DNA from: Octopus vulgaris
Lineage: Eukaryota
Assembly (NCBI GenBank): GCA_951406725.2
Contig: OX597823.1
Coordinates: 61,380,001 to 61,444,000, forward strand
DNA length: 64,000 nt
Direction of reading: 5' to 3'
This document shows, in pieces, positions 27,524 through 39,637 of this stretch. Position 1 is the first letter of the stretch; every line of letters starts with the position of its first letter. The position numbers and the translations under genes are program-made. The notes under the pieces are model-generated. The model was not told the origin of the DNA. It made no database searches and worked only from the letters and a program-made list of their open reading frames with translations.

Positions 27524-28119
27524 ACACATACACACACATACACACACACAATAAAAAAAAATCTAGAATGGGTTTGCATCTGCAAAAACAAAATATTTAG
27601 TGATGGTTAGGTCAAATAAAATGGAAGACTAGAAATGGTATGGTTGATTGAAAGAAGAGAGAGAGATGGGCTAGCAATGTTATGGTTGAATGGAAGACAA
27701 GATATTGTATGGCTGAATGCAAGATTGTTGCTGCTATATTTACATGAAAGATTAAAGGTGATATAGTTAAATGTGACTGTTGTGGTTGAGTGAATATATA
27801 TATATATATATATATATATACACTGTACACATACATATATATGTGCATACATACACACATATATGTATATATATATGTATGTGTAGATATATATATATAT
27901 GTGTGTGTGTGTCTATACACACACACACACACCCACACACATATATATATATATATTGTTTGTAAATTTTGGCACAAGGTCAGTAATTTTGAGGGAAAAG
28001 GTAAGTTAATTACATTGACCCCAATGGTCAACTGGTACTTATTTTATCAGCCCTGAAGCTTTCAGTTTCCTCATTCTAACAAAGAATTATTTCATGTTCT
28101 CTTGAAGTATTTATTGTTT

Positions 28120-28432
28120 ACTTTTTCAGTCATTAGATTGTGGCCATGCTGGGGTACTGCCTTGACAAATTTTCAGTTGAAAGTCTTCAAAGCAAGTACT
28201 TACTTTTTATAAGCTTAGTACTTACTGTATTGGTCAATTTCACAGAACTACTAAGTTATGGGGGACATAAACACACTAACATCGGTTGTTAAGTGGTGAT
28301 AGAGGACAAACACAATGGCACACGCACATGCATAAATACATATATATATGACAGGTTTCTTTTGGTCAACCCAAAGCTATAGAAGAAGACACCTGCCCTA
28401 AGTGCCACGCAGTGGGACTGAATATGGAACCA
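28120..28432 (-). mobile_element. SINE family A copy (degenerate)
   Basis: TCAGTCATTAGATTGTGGCCATGCTGG...GTGCCACGCAGTGGGACTGAA. Confidence 0.8.
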
Positions 28433-28926
28433 TAAGAATTCTTATGATGTCAACAACATACATTTCTCACTGGAATGAATGAAGTTTCTGAAATGGAGAG
28501 AAAAATTCAAAGGACTGTTTTGCATCATGGTATAATGTCTACAGGAGACGAGGGTCTAAGTGCAAAGGGCAGTCTTTGCTTTTTATAACCAAAAGGGTTT
28601 CTCAAACCAATATTCACATACTTCAAGAATCAGTTTGAAGTAGAATTATTCCGTGTTTTCTTGAAAGTTCATAAATTCTTATGACATCGACAAACATACT
28701 GTTCACCCCAGTAAGAAATAAAGTTTCTAAAATGGATTAGATAGAGAAATTCAAAGGATTGCTTAGGTCCAATGGTAAAACAGCTCCCATGTTTACAGAT
28801 GTGGGTTTGTGTCCTATGGGCAGCCATCACCTCATATACATCTGAGACAAGTTTGAAAAGCTTTGTACAGTTTCTGTCTACCAAATTCACTCACAAATTA
28901 TTAAATACTAAGAGGTTATAGAATAG

Positions 28927-29219
28927 TTAGTTTGTTCCTTCTCGAGTCATGCCTGGCTCATAAGGGCCAGTTTCCCGATTTCCTTGGTGTATAGGTTCCC
29001 CACCTTGACAGGACGCCAGTCTGTCAAAGGTGAGCTGCAAGAGGCAGGAGGAAAGTTGTGGCGAAAGAGTCAGCAGAAGTTTGCCATTACCTTCTGCCAG
29101 AGACGTGTGGAGCTTAGGTGTTTTGCTCATAAACACACACATCGCCCAGTCTGAGATTTGAACCTGTGATCCCTTGACCACGAGTCCGCTGCTCTAACCA
29201 CTAGACCATGTGCCTCCAC
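28927..29219 (-). mobile_element. tRNA-derived SINE family C
   Basis: Head TGGAGGCACATGGTCTAGTGGTTAGAGCAGCGGACTCG...GGTTCAAATCTC with A/B boxes; head shared with 34048-34533. Confidence 0.85.
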
Positions 29220-29678
29220 AAGAGGTTATAAGGAGAATATACTTGCCTAAGATTTAATACAGCAGGATTAAACTCAAAACCACATTATTGCAAATTGAGC
29301 TTCTTACTTTGCAGTCACACCTGTATCTTATCTAGATATGGTAAACACTTGCCATGATTTGTAGTAATACTTAAATATTATAAGTACAGGTTAGTAATGA
29401 TAATTCTTTATCTGAAACCTAGTTCTTCTATTGATCTCTTTTACTAAACCATGAATTTATAGGAATATAAACAAACCAACACTAGTCATTGAGTGGTAGT
29501 GGGGCAAACACATGCAACAGAGACACACCACACACTGATGCATATACAAGTATGCATGTAGCTGTGTGGTGAGAAGCTTGCTTCCCAACCACATCGTTCT
29601 GGATTCAGTCCCACTCTGTGGCACCTTGGGCAAGTATTTTCTACTATAATTTCAGGCCAACCAAAGTCTTGTGAGTGG

Positions 29679-29865
29679 GTGCTGGAACAAAAACAATTGC
29701 AGTGTGGAAGGTGTTTATAAGCACAGAATTTTGTCTGTGAACAGGTCGCAGTCTCAAATTGACGAAAATATTTTGGCAAATTAATTTTGATTGTTGAAGT
29801 GAATCTAACGGTTTTTGTATGTTTCTTAAATGGCTTATAAACACCTTCCACACTACAATTGTTTA
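29679..29865 (+). mobile_element. HHR-bearing element with inverted end, related to 46834-47043 and 50291-50366
   Basis: AAACAATTGCAGTGTGGAAGGTGTTTATAAGC (29691-29722) is inverted at 29833-29865. Confidence 0.8.
29730..29780 (+). ncRNA. HHR motif, G3-C8 core variant
   Basis: TTTGTC(T)-GTGAACA-G-GTCG..TGAC-GAAA-ATAT-TT-(T)GGCAAA. Confidence 0.65.
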
Positions 29866-29920
29866 TATATATAGCATCATCATCATCATCATCATCATAT
29901 ATATAAACAATTGTAGCATG

Positions 29921-30131
29921 TCATTTTAATGATCTGTCATTTTAATGAATTTTGATTACCTTTTTCTGATGATATCTCAAAAGAAACAGCAATTTTAGCA
30001 AAACATATTAAGCAACACTTATAATGAATCAAAAAACATAAAAATAAACAAGCTTTTGGTAGTTTTATAGATATTTCAAGATTATGATAGTATGATGCTA
30101 GGTATTTCCATTACTTTGTCCAACCCCTGTA
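29921..30131. mobile_element. Tc1-like terminal remnant
   Basis: Ends TTTGTCCAACCCCTG-TA (reverse complement TA-CAGGGGTTGGACAAA), a typical Tc1-type terminus. Confidence 0.45.
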
Positions 30132-30157
30132 TATATATATATATGTATACATATATA

Positions 30158-30891
30158 TAATTAATTGCATTTCTGACAAACTCTACTGAAGATTTATAGA
30201 TGCAAGTGTAAGTAAAACTACATATTGCATTAGTAATGAAACAATTGTATAGAGTCAATCTATTTTATTCGTTGTATTTCACTTTCCTTCCGTTAAATGT
30301 ATGTTGATTCTAGTTGGAAACAGTTCTTCTGTGGTTGCTTCGGAGCTATTTTTAGCACTAGAGTTATCCACATAGTGGATAACTCTCCAATAATTTATGT
30401 ATAAATTTGTATTTTCTCCGTAGTTTTTTGTGCTAAGCCACTTGGTGTTAAATTGATGGTATTATTAAATTAATATCGATTTTTCACCCTCATTTATAAT
30501 TTTATAAATCTAACCATGCGGCAGTTAATATTTTATTTGATGCGGCATACGTTTCCAATGGAGTCTAGGCATGCTTTTGGCGTGGAATTTGAGACATAAC
30601 TAAAAATGTAATTGGTTGGACCGCTCGTGTTTTTGACACTCGAATCAATCTAATTAATTGCATTTCTGACAAACTCTACCGAAGATTTATAGATGCAAGT
30701 GTAAGTAAAACTACATATTGCATTAGTAATGAAACAATTGTATAGAGTCAATCTATTTTATTCGTTGTATTTCACTTTCCTTCCGTTAAATGTATGTTGA
30801 TTCTAGTTGGAAACAGTTCTTCTGTGGTTGCTTCGGAGCTATTTTTAGCACTAGAGTTATCCACATAGTGGATAACTCTCTAATAATTTAT
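30158..30891 (+). mobile_element. HHR-containing partial tandem, 493-bp period, inserted in (TA)n
   Basis: ~240-bp direct repeats at 30158-30398 and 30651-30891 with two visible differences. Confidence 0.88.
30180..30255 (+). ncRNA. Type I HHR with long stem II
   Basis: ACTCTA-CTGAAGA-[TTTA..ATGCAA.GTGTA..TACAT.TTGCAT..TAAT]-GAAA-CAATTG-TA-TAGAGT, GUA triplet; second copy 30673-30748 has CCGAAGA. Confidence 0.85.
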
Positions 30892-31013
30892 ATATATATA
30901 TATATAGATATAGAGAGAGAGAGATAAGAGAGGGACATACATATATCTATATATATTTATATCTATCTATCTATCTGTTTATCTCTCTCTCTCTCTGTCT
31001 GCCTGTCTGTCTG

Positions 31014-31090
<77 letters not shown>

Positions 31091-31113
31091 ATATATATAT
31101 ATATATATATATA

Positions 31114-31310
31114 TTACTAATAGAGGTGCGAGGACATCACAAAAACTGTCACTCAGCGTTTCCCTCTCCTGTTTGTCAAACTGTCTGACAAATGGAAATG
31201 TGAAACTCTGAGTAACAGTTTTTATGATGTCTTTGTAGCTTTATTAATAAAACATATTACTCTACCTCTGGTATTTTCCCCCCATGTTTGACATTTATGT
31301 GCTTACTCTG
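31114..31310 (+). mobile_element. Short fold-back element with degenerate HHR (31178-31221)
   Basis: AAACTGT-CTGACAA-ATGGAAATGT-GAAA-CTCTGAG-TA-ACAGTTT; 31134-31162 is an inverted copy of 31202-31230. Confidence 0.65.
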
Positions 31311-31352
31311 ATCTCTCTCTCTCTTTCTCTCTCTCTCTATATATATATATAT

Positions 31353-31767
31353 ATCTTGCAGAATAACTACTTCGTCTTCAAAGACAGCTACTATTGACAA
31401 AAATTGGGGACTGCGATGGGTACGAGAATGGCCCCCTCCTTTGATAACCTAGTCGTGGGATATCTAGAAATTAGTCTTTATCGTAAGGTACTAGAAAAAT
31501 ACGACTACCCATTCTCCCTCTACATAAGAAATAACTAGAAGAGATACCTGGATGACTGTTTCATTCTTTGGCATGAAAGTATAGAGAGACTTAAAGAATT
31601 TCAAGTACTTATAAATGGACTTGATGTAAACATTCAATTAACGATGGAATATATCCATCAACAACTTCCCTCTCTTGACATCCTCATTAAGAAATCTAAC
31701 AATATAATAGAAACAGATATATATACCATTCAACTCATGCCACCCCAGACCCACCAGAATGAATATC
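31353..31767 (+). pseudogene. Penelope-like element reverse transcriptase fragment
   Basis: Hand translation: ILQNNYFVFKDSYY*QKLGTAMGTRMAPSFDNLVVGYLE...*KRYLDDCFILW...IQLTME...LPSLDILI...IETDIY, then in another frame PFNSCHP. The GxAMG, YxDD, LPFLD-like and TDIY/SCHP motifs are typical of PLE RTs. Confidence 0.9.
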
Positions 31768-31769
31768 GA

Positions 31770-32208
31770 AAGGGTTAGCCACATTTAAGTGACAAATATA
31801 CTTCACGATATCATGCAACTACTGTTTATACCTCGCTCAGAGATTTATTATTGCTTGTTTACACTTTTTCGATATCAGTGAATTTTCATCACTGGAAAAA
31901 GGATATATATTTGCAAGGGGAACCCACTTTTCATTGGCAATTGGTGATTGTCACATGCTGATGATAGGTCAATACCCAGAAACTCCAGTCAGTGTGTATC
32001 ATGTCAGATTGAAGATGGGAAGTATGGCTTCCCTTTGCAAATACCCATAGGGCACAGAAAGTGTGTCAATAGCCAGCTGGAGAAGGTATCCTCCTGTGGC
32101 TACATGCTACAGTAGTGTCCACCCTTAAGGGTTAGCCACATTTAAGTGGCAAATATACTTCACGATGTTGTGCAGCTACTGTTTATACCTCGCTCAGAGA
32201 TTTATTAT
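31770..32208 (+). mobile_element. Retrozyme-like unit, 357-bp period (~1.2 copies)
   Basis: AGGGTTAGCCACATTTAAGTG...CAGAGATTTATTA at 31771 and 32128; homologous to the 360-bp unit at 38977; ends in (TA)n. Confidence 0.8.
31952..31996 (+). ncRNA. Type I HHR motif
   Basis: CACAT(G)-CTGATGA-TAGGT caat ACCCA-GAAA-CTCCAG-TC-(A)GTGTG, GUC triplet; one mismatch at the base of stem I. Confidence 0.75.
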
Positions 32209-32554
32209 ATATATATATAAATTCAAATTAAGCAGAAAATGGAGAAATCTTGATCAACAGCAAATTGACTACCATCGACTATTTTTTCATACAAAACTTC
32301 ATCCCATCTAACAGCCGTTTCTGCTTCCATTGTCCTGTAGTGTTGCCAGTTGCCAAAGAAAATTCTGGCTGGAAGCATTACACTGCAAAATGGTATGGTT
32401 CAAATATATTAAGCCTTCATTCCTCCTCTCGAGGCTCTACTTCTTTTCTTTTCTTTTATTTTATGTATTTTTTTCACTCTGATGAAGTTTCATGTTCCAG
32501 ATGGGATGTGTTACAAAATATGACGAATATTATTCACAAAGCCAGAAGATTCAT

Positions 32555-32737
32555 TTCTTGTGGGCAAGGGGAGTCGATTATATCAACCCCAGCATTCAGC
32601 TGGTACTTATTTTATTGACTCTAAATAATGGAAGGCAAAGTCGACCTCAGTGGAATTTGAGCTCAGAATGTAAAAACAGATGAAATACTGCTAAGCATTT
32701 TGCCAGCATGCTGACGATTCTGCTAGCTTGCCATCTT
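32555..32737 (-). mobile_element. SINE family B copy
   Basis: Reverse complement matches 35374-35601. Confidence 0.85.
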
Positions 32738-32894
32738 ACATTGCCAAGATATATCACACCACCTTCCATAAGTTTCCACTTGTGGTGCCTCTCTCACTAG
32801 TAAAACTTTAGAGTTTGGAGATCTTTGGATTTCAATATTTCTGATAAAGGATTATAATCCTTTAGATAATTATTAATCTATCCACCACAAGGTT

Positions 32895-33100
32895 CAGTCT
32901 TTGTCATAGTGTTGCAGCTTGCATGCTTCAGTGATCCTGCAAGCAATGCCAGTGGAGTTCAAGCTCCTGGAAGGGCTTCTCTTTCTGGACAGGTCAAAGG
33001 ACTAATAAAGACTATCACTTCCCAGAGTTAAAAATGGGTCTGTGTAGGGCAAACAACCTCACAGAGAGAAAAAAAATAAAAGCAATGTGACAGAAGCATA
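32895..33100 (+). mobile_element. Possible degenerate RTE-clade 5' UTR
   Basis: CTTTGTCATAGTGTTGCAGCTTGCATG...AAGCTCCTGGAAGGGC...GACAGGTCAAAGG...GTAGGGCAAACAACC resembles RTE 5' ends as I recall them; not searched. Confidence 0.45.
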
Positions 33101-34047
33101 GATAACAATTCCAAACCATCATTGATTGATATTGTCAAAAATTATGAATCAACAACAGAGCCTCAGTGCACTTAGAAATAGCAGCCACATCTTCCTCAAA
33201 TTTTATTTTAAAAGAATGGTGGGGTAATCTTTGATACATTGCATTGCAGATATTAAAAAAGTAGGGGAATTGTCACAGGTGTAATGCCACCTTCACCAAC
33301 ATCACTGACACTGCCATCATCACCACCACCACCAACAACAACAACAACAACAGCACCGGCAACAACACCAATGCCATGATCAACAACCATTACTACTACC
33401 ATCATCATCATGATCATCAGCACCACCTTTAATACTACCACAGGCATCACAATCTACGGTCTGTGAGGCTGTCCCACATCTTCATATTCAATGATAACAA
33501 AAAATTCTTCAATATTGATAACTAAAAAAGAAAAAAATAGATACTTTATATTGATCTAAATTGTGTTTAGGACAGTTAAAATATCAATTGATTATTGTCA
33601 GGACTATCTAGAATGTTCCAGCACTTGGCCATAACAACAACAATTTTATATGTGTATGCCTGTGAGTTTTTATATATATGAGTCTGCGTATGAATGTATG
33701 TACACTTGTATGTATGAATCTGTGCCTGCGTATCTATTTGTGTGAATATATGTATGGATGCAAGTGTGTGTGAATGTCTGCGCAAACATTACTATGTATT
33801 TGTCTATGTATATATACATATATATGACTTTATGTTTTTTTTTTTATCTTTTAGAGTTCTTCCTAGAAGAAAGAAGCTGTTTTCTAACAAAGGGAAAAAA
33901 GCTCCTTTGCTAAAAGTCTTGCATATATTTACCATTCCATTTACAGATTGTAATTTGTAAAAGACATATTTGGCACTCTCTTTGTTTATTCCTGAATCTT
34001 AACTTTCCCAGACTTCCACTTAGACATTTACTACATATTGTATTGTG

Positions 34048-34533
34048 ACCCCTTTCGGTCATGGATGACCATGGGATTGCACCTAGAAAGTTACCTTCGG
34101 AGGCACAAGTCTGGGCAAGGTTGTTTATGGAAGACCAGCAGTCGCCCATGCATACCAGCCTCCCCTCTCCACGCCACCAATGTTATCCAAGGGAAAGGCA
34201 CCAGTGATGTCACAGCTCATTTATTAATGTGCAAGCGGCTGAGCACTCCACAGACACATGTACCCTTAACATAGTTCTCGGGGAGATCCAGTATGACACA
34301 GAGTGTGACAAGGCTGGCTCTTTGAAATACAGGTACAACAGAAACAGGAAAAAAGAGAAGAGGAAGTCATGGTGAAAGAGTACCACAGATTCACCACCAC
34401 TCCCTACCGGAGCCTCGTGGAACTTTAGGTGTTTTTGCTCAATAAACACTCACAATGCCCAGTCTGGGAATCAAAACCATGATCCTACGACTGCGAGTCC
34501 ACTGCCCTAACCACTGGGCCATTGCGCCTCCAC
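34048..34533 (-). mobile_element. tRNA-derived SINE family C (long form)
   Basis: TGGAGGCGCAATGGCCCAGTGGTTAGGGCAGTGGACTCGCAGTCGTAGG head shared with 28927-29219; different body. Confidence 0.88.
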
Positions 34534-34830
34534 ATTTACTACATATACCAATAATTATTTATATAAATGTGAATTTATAATCAGGGTAAAGTAACACCAG
34601 GTTTCAAAGCTGTTGTCCATTAATATTCTCCTTCTTACTGAATTTGGAAGAGATGTTTACATCTGCAAGGCAGTGAACCACTGTAACAGAGAAAGAGTGA
34701 TGCGGTGCCTGGATTGATCCTCAATGTATGGGGTGAGTGGAGGTTAGCAGCGACAGAAAAGAACAGGCGTGTGAGTTTGTAAAGATTGAGAAAGAGTACT
34801 GGAGATTGTGTATGTATGTAGATATGCATA

Positions 34831-34866
<36 letters not shown>

Positions 34867-34889
34867 TATGCATATCTACATACCTACAC

Positions 34890-34931
<42 letters not shown>

Positions 34932-35281
34932 CGTTTCTACTAAATGCACAAAGCCTGAAAATTAGCGGAAGGGGACTAGTTGATAACATCAACCCCAGTA
35001 TTTCACTGGTTTTAATTTATCGACCCTGAAAGGATGAAAGGCAAAATTGATCTTGACAGAATTTGAACCCAGAACTGGCAATGGGTGAAATACCCCTACA
35101 CATTTTATCCAGCATGCTAAAGACTTTATTAATGCCACAAGGCATTTTTCCTGGTAAGCTAACAATTTTGCCAACTTGTTGCCTTAATGATGATAACGGT
35201 GGTGCCCCAACATGGCCACAGCTTTGAACTGAAACTGATAAAACAATAAAACAATAACAATGCTGATATTGATAATAATAT

Positions 35282-35740
35282 TCCTTTCTACTAAAGGCAC
35301 AAGGCCTGAAATTTGGAGGTAGGGGACTAGTTGATTACATCAACATCAGTGTTCCACTGGTACTTAATTTATAAGGCAGTGAGCTGGCAGAATCGTTAGC
35401 ACACTGGGCGAAATGCTTAGCGGTATTTCGTCTGCCGTTATGTTCTGAATTCAAATTCCGCCGAGGTCGACTTTGCCTTTAATCCTTTCGGGGTCGATAA
35501 ACTAAGTACCAGTTACGCATTGGGTTCGATGTAATCGACTTAATCCATTTGTCCTTGTTTGTCCTCTCTATATTTGGCCCCTTGTGGATAGTAAAGAAAT
35601 AGGTACTTAATTTATTGACCCTGAAAAGACGAAAAGCAAAGTTGACCTTGGTGGAATTTGAACTCAGAACGTAGCAATAGGCAAAATACTGCTCAGCATT
35701 TTATCCAGCATGCCAACAATTCTGCCAGCTTGCTATCTTA
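35282..35740 (-). mobile_element. SINE family B copy interrupted by a nested copy
   Basis: The halves 35282-35372 and 35602-35740 are collinear. Confidence 0.85.
35374..35601 (+). mobile_element. Young SINE family B copy with 14-bp TSD
   Basis: TSD GGTACTTAATTTAT at 35359-35372 and 35602-35615; central GTCGACTTTGCCTTTAATCCTTTCGGGGTCGATAAACTAAGTACCAG (Nin/Deu-like domain from recall). Confidence 0.92.
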
Positions 35741-37161
35741 ATGATAATAATGAAGATGATGATGATGATGATGATAATGCTGATATGAATAACAGTATTG
35801 ATAATGAATTATATATTAGGGTTAATTTCTGTTGCTATTTACCCACCTATCTACCTTACTAAAGTTGGCCATTTACCTAAACAAAAGTAAACTAAATTAA
35901 TTACATATCTTAAATTCTGAAATGAGGATAATAAATGAGAGCATGATGGCCACTAAATTCTCAGATTATATATAGAAACACTGGTTCAGTGGATGAGTAA
36001 ATATGAAAAGGCGCCATTTTGAATTGTAAAACAAGTTATATCCATAGCAACATTTCTTAGGTAGGAGGAACACATCAACTCTTCATAAAGTAAATACATC
36101 AAAATATTGTTTGCAAAACTATTCCTGAATAAATATCATCAAGATTTTACTTTTACTTTTGTTTTTGTTTTGTTTTCTTGTCTTTTTTTTTGTTGATATT
36201 TCATACTTTTTCATTATTTGCAATATTTTCCGAGGAAAGGTTGCAGTAATATTATCAACCACACATTTACAGCCTAAATTTGCTTACGCAAGAGATATCT
36301 CTGTGTTTACCATCGGATTTCTATCTCTGGCCAAAATCCTTTTGATGCTATACTTTGAGCAAATGTGCAAAGATAAAAACTTCCCATAGAGCTTTCGATT
36401 GCATTATATATTAGCGCTCCAAGATATTTACCCAACATTTTGTCACAATTGTTCTAGTTCATTTCCAAACCAGCAGACAGTGAGCTATGCAAATTGTCTC
36501 CAGACATTGCTTTCATTCAAAGAGATCAAGAAAGCAATATGACTATTTTTCTTCTCTTCTTCTTTTTTTTTTGTTTTGTTTTGTTTTGCGCTCAAGTTGC
36601 TGCTTTTGTTGTTGTAGTTGTTGCTGTTGTTGTTGTTGTTGTTTTGTTTTCATACATGGAATGGTTCACCAGGGAATTGAACATTTACTGTCAAAGTTTC
36701 GATTCCAATCTGAAAAATAAAAAAAAGAAAGAAAGAAAGAAGAGGAAATTAGAATAAACATCTTTGCTTGAGCAGAAATCTTTCAAAGACAGAAAAGAAT
36801 TGTGATGTCTCAAAAATAAATGTCTCCCTGAAGAATGAGATCAAAATACTGGCAGTTCCAGTGAAAAATCAAAACTTTTTGTTCCTTTTTTTCTTTCTTT
36901 TTGTTTTTTGTTTTTCATTCTTTGTTCCAATAATAGATATTCTTGTACTTTAAAACAGAAGATATTTAAAAAGTTATATGTGCGTGTGTGTGTGTGTGTG
37001 CATATGTATGTGTGTATGAATGTATGTATATGGCATACATATCATATATGTATACATTTATACATATATTAAGTATATATGCATATATATATTAATATAT
37101 ATATAATTATATTCATACATATACACACACATACACAAATATAAGTAAATGTATATATATA

Positions 37162-37216
<55 letters not shown>

Positions 37217-37262
37217 ATATGTATGCATGCATGTATACATACATATACACACATGCACAAAC

Positions 37263-37295
<33 letters not shown>

Positions 37296-38164
37296 TGTAT
37301 ATACATGTATATATGTATGTATGTGTGTGTGTATATATGTGTATATGTATATATATATATATTGAAATGCTGATGGTGTTGATGGTAGTACATCATCATC
37401 GTTAGAACATTCACTTATCTATTCTTGTATAGATCAGACAGAAATTAATGAGGCAGATGTTCTGTGAATTGATGTCCCTCCTGTCAGCAACTCTCACCTG
37501 TTTCCAATCAAGGTGATGTTTCCCCGTGGCTAGACATATATCCCATGGAAGCCTGGAAAGAAACAACCCTGCTTATATAATGTTAATGGTTGTTAATAGC
37601 CATCATATGATGTGAAGACAATGGTATACACAAACACACATATATGATGAGCTTTTTTCAGTTTCTGCCTATTAAATCTTCTCACAAGGCTTTGGTTGGC
37701 CTGGGGTTATAGGAGAAGACATCTGCCTAAGGGGACCCACAGTAGCACTGAACTCAAAGCCACGTGGTTCAGAAATAAACCCCACAATCATGCATGAATC
37801 TATAATATGTGTGTGTGTGTGGTGGGGGTGTAATAAGAACTATGTTTCATAAAAGAAATACTTGGTGGGCTTATGATGGTTCATTCAGCTAAAAATTCCT
37901 CATTATGGTTGCAATCTAATGACTGAAACAAGTAAAAGAGTAAAATAATAAAAGAATATATATATATATATATATACATTTTATATCGTATATATATATA
38001 TATAGTTATATATATATATATAGTTATATATATGCGTGTGTATATATATATATACACACATATATATATATGTGTATACATATATATATATGTGTATATA
38101 TATATATACATATGTATATATATATGTATATATATATACATATGTATATATATATATATATATG

Positions 38165-38208
<44 letters not shown>

Positions 38209-38559
38209 GTAGGTCCCGGGTTGATTCGGGGTTAACCACAGTAAATAAGGTACTCAATACATAGCAGAGTAAAATTAATTTATTATATAGAAGGAGCTTC
38301 TACAGGACTAGAACTGTTTCATTCAAGAGAAATCTTCAGGAAGCTAGTTAACAAGAATTGTATTGGCATTTATACATTTAGGCAGGTTTAAAGGGGTGGT
38401 GGTGGGGGACTTTTTTTACCCCCCAAAAAGTCCCCCACCACCACCCCTTTAAACCTGCCTAAATGTATAAATGCCAATACAATTCTTGTTAACTAGCTTC
38501 CTGAAGATTTCTCTTGAATGAAACAGTTCTAGTCCTGTAAAGCTCCTTCTATATAATAA

Positions 38560-38561
<2 letters not shown>
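38209..38561. mobile_element. Fold-back PLE-type element with HHRs on both arms
   Basis: 38278-38415 is inverted at 38425-38561, with a ~70-bp extension on the left arm; HHR at 38295-38345 (-) and 38495-38544 (+, 1-nt deletion); flanked by (TA)n. Confidence 0.88.
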
Positions 38562-38622
<61 letters not shown>

Positions 38623-38626
<4 letters not shown>

Positions 38627-39637
38627 CATAAGGGACTAAAGCCATCTGAATATGGCTAGGGACAGGGCAGGGTGGTGGGGGTGTTACTGTTGCATTTAGC
38701 CCCAGGCGAACATCGACGTCACCAGAAAGGCTCGACACCGTCACGGTGTCCTTATCTTGCAAAGGGAGGTAATTCCCCGATGAAGCGGAAACCACACACG
38801 GACCATGGTTTCAAGGTGTATTGCCTATCATCGGCGTGTGGTAGGCTTCCGCTTCCTCGACGAATTCTCACTCTGCAGGATATTCATATATAGATTTTCA
38901 AGCAAAATACATTTGCTGATTTCGAAAATCTGTTCGAAAGCAATAATAATTCTCTAAAAGAGATATAGACAGTAACATCCTGCAGAGTGAGAATTCGTCG
39001 AGGAAGCGGAAGCCTACCACACGCCGACGATAGGCAATACACCTTGAAACCATGGTCCGTGTGTGGTTTCCGCTTCATCGGGGAATTACCTCCCTTTGCA
39101 GGATAAGGACACCGTGACGGTGTCGAGCCTTTCTGGTGACGTCGATGTTCGCCTGGGGCTAAATGCAACAGTAACACCCCCACCACCCTGCCCTGTCCCT
39201 AGCCATATTCAGATGGCTTTAGTCCCTTATGTTATCGAGCAGTTACTGTCTATATCTCTTTTAGAGAATTATTATTGCTTTCGAACAGATTTTCGAAATC
39301 AGCAAATGTATTTTGCTTGAAAATCTATATATGAATATCCTGCAGAGTGAGAATTCGTCGAGGAAGCGGAAGCCTACCACACGCCGACGATAGGCAATAC
39401 ACCTTGAAACCATGGTCCGTGTGTGGTTTCCGCTTCATCGGGGAATTACCTCCCTTTGCAGGATAAGGACACCGTGACGGTGTCGAGCCTTTCTGGTGAC
39501 GTCGATGTTCGCCTGGGGCTAAATGCAACAGTAACACCCCCACCACCCTGCCCTGTCCCTAGCCATATTCAGATGGCTTTAGTCCCTTATGTTATCGAGC
39601 AGTTACTGTCTATATCTCTTTTAGAGAATTATTATTG

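Noticed and set aside
29966-29995. CTGATGA...GAAA motif
   Set aside because: No convincing stem I, II or III; likely chance within a Tc1-like remnant.
34460-34533. tRNA gene
   Set aside because: It is the tRNA-like head of a SINE with an imperfect B box that continues into the SINE body; the same applies at 29150-29219.
38623-38976. Inverted monomer as a pure sequencing fold-back artefact
   Set aside because: It is offset in phase from the direct copy, differs at two positions, and the same layout recurs in older diverged elements. Read-level confirmation is still advisable.
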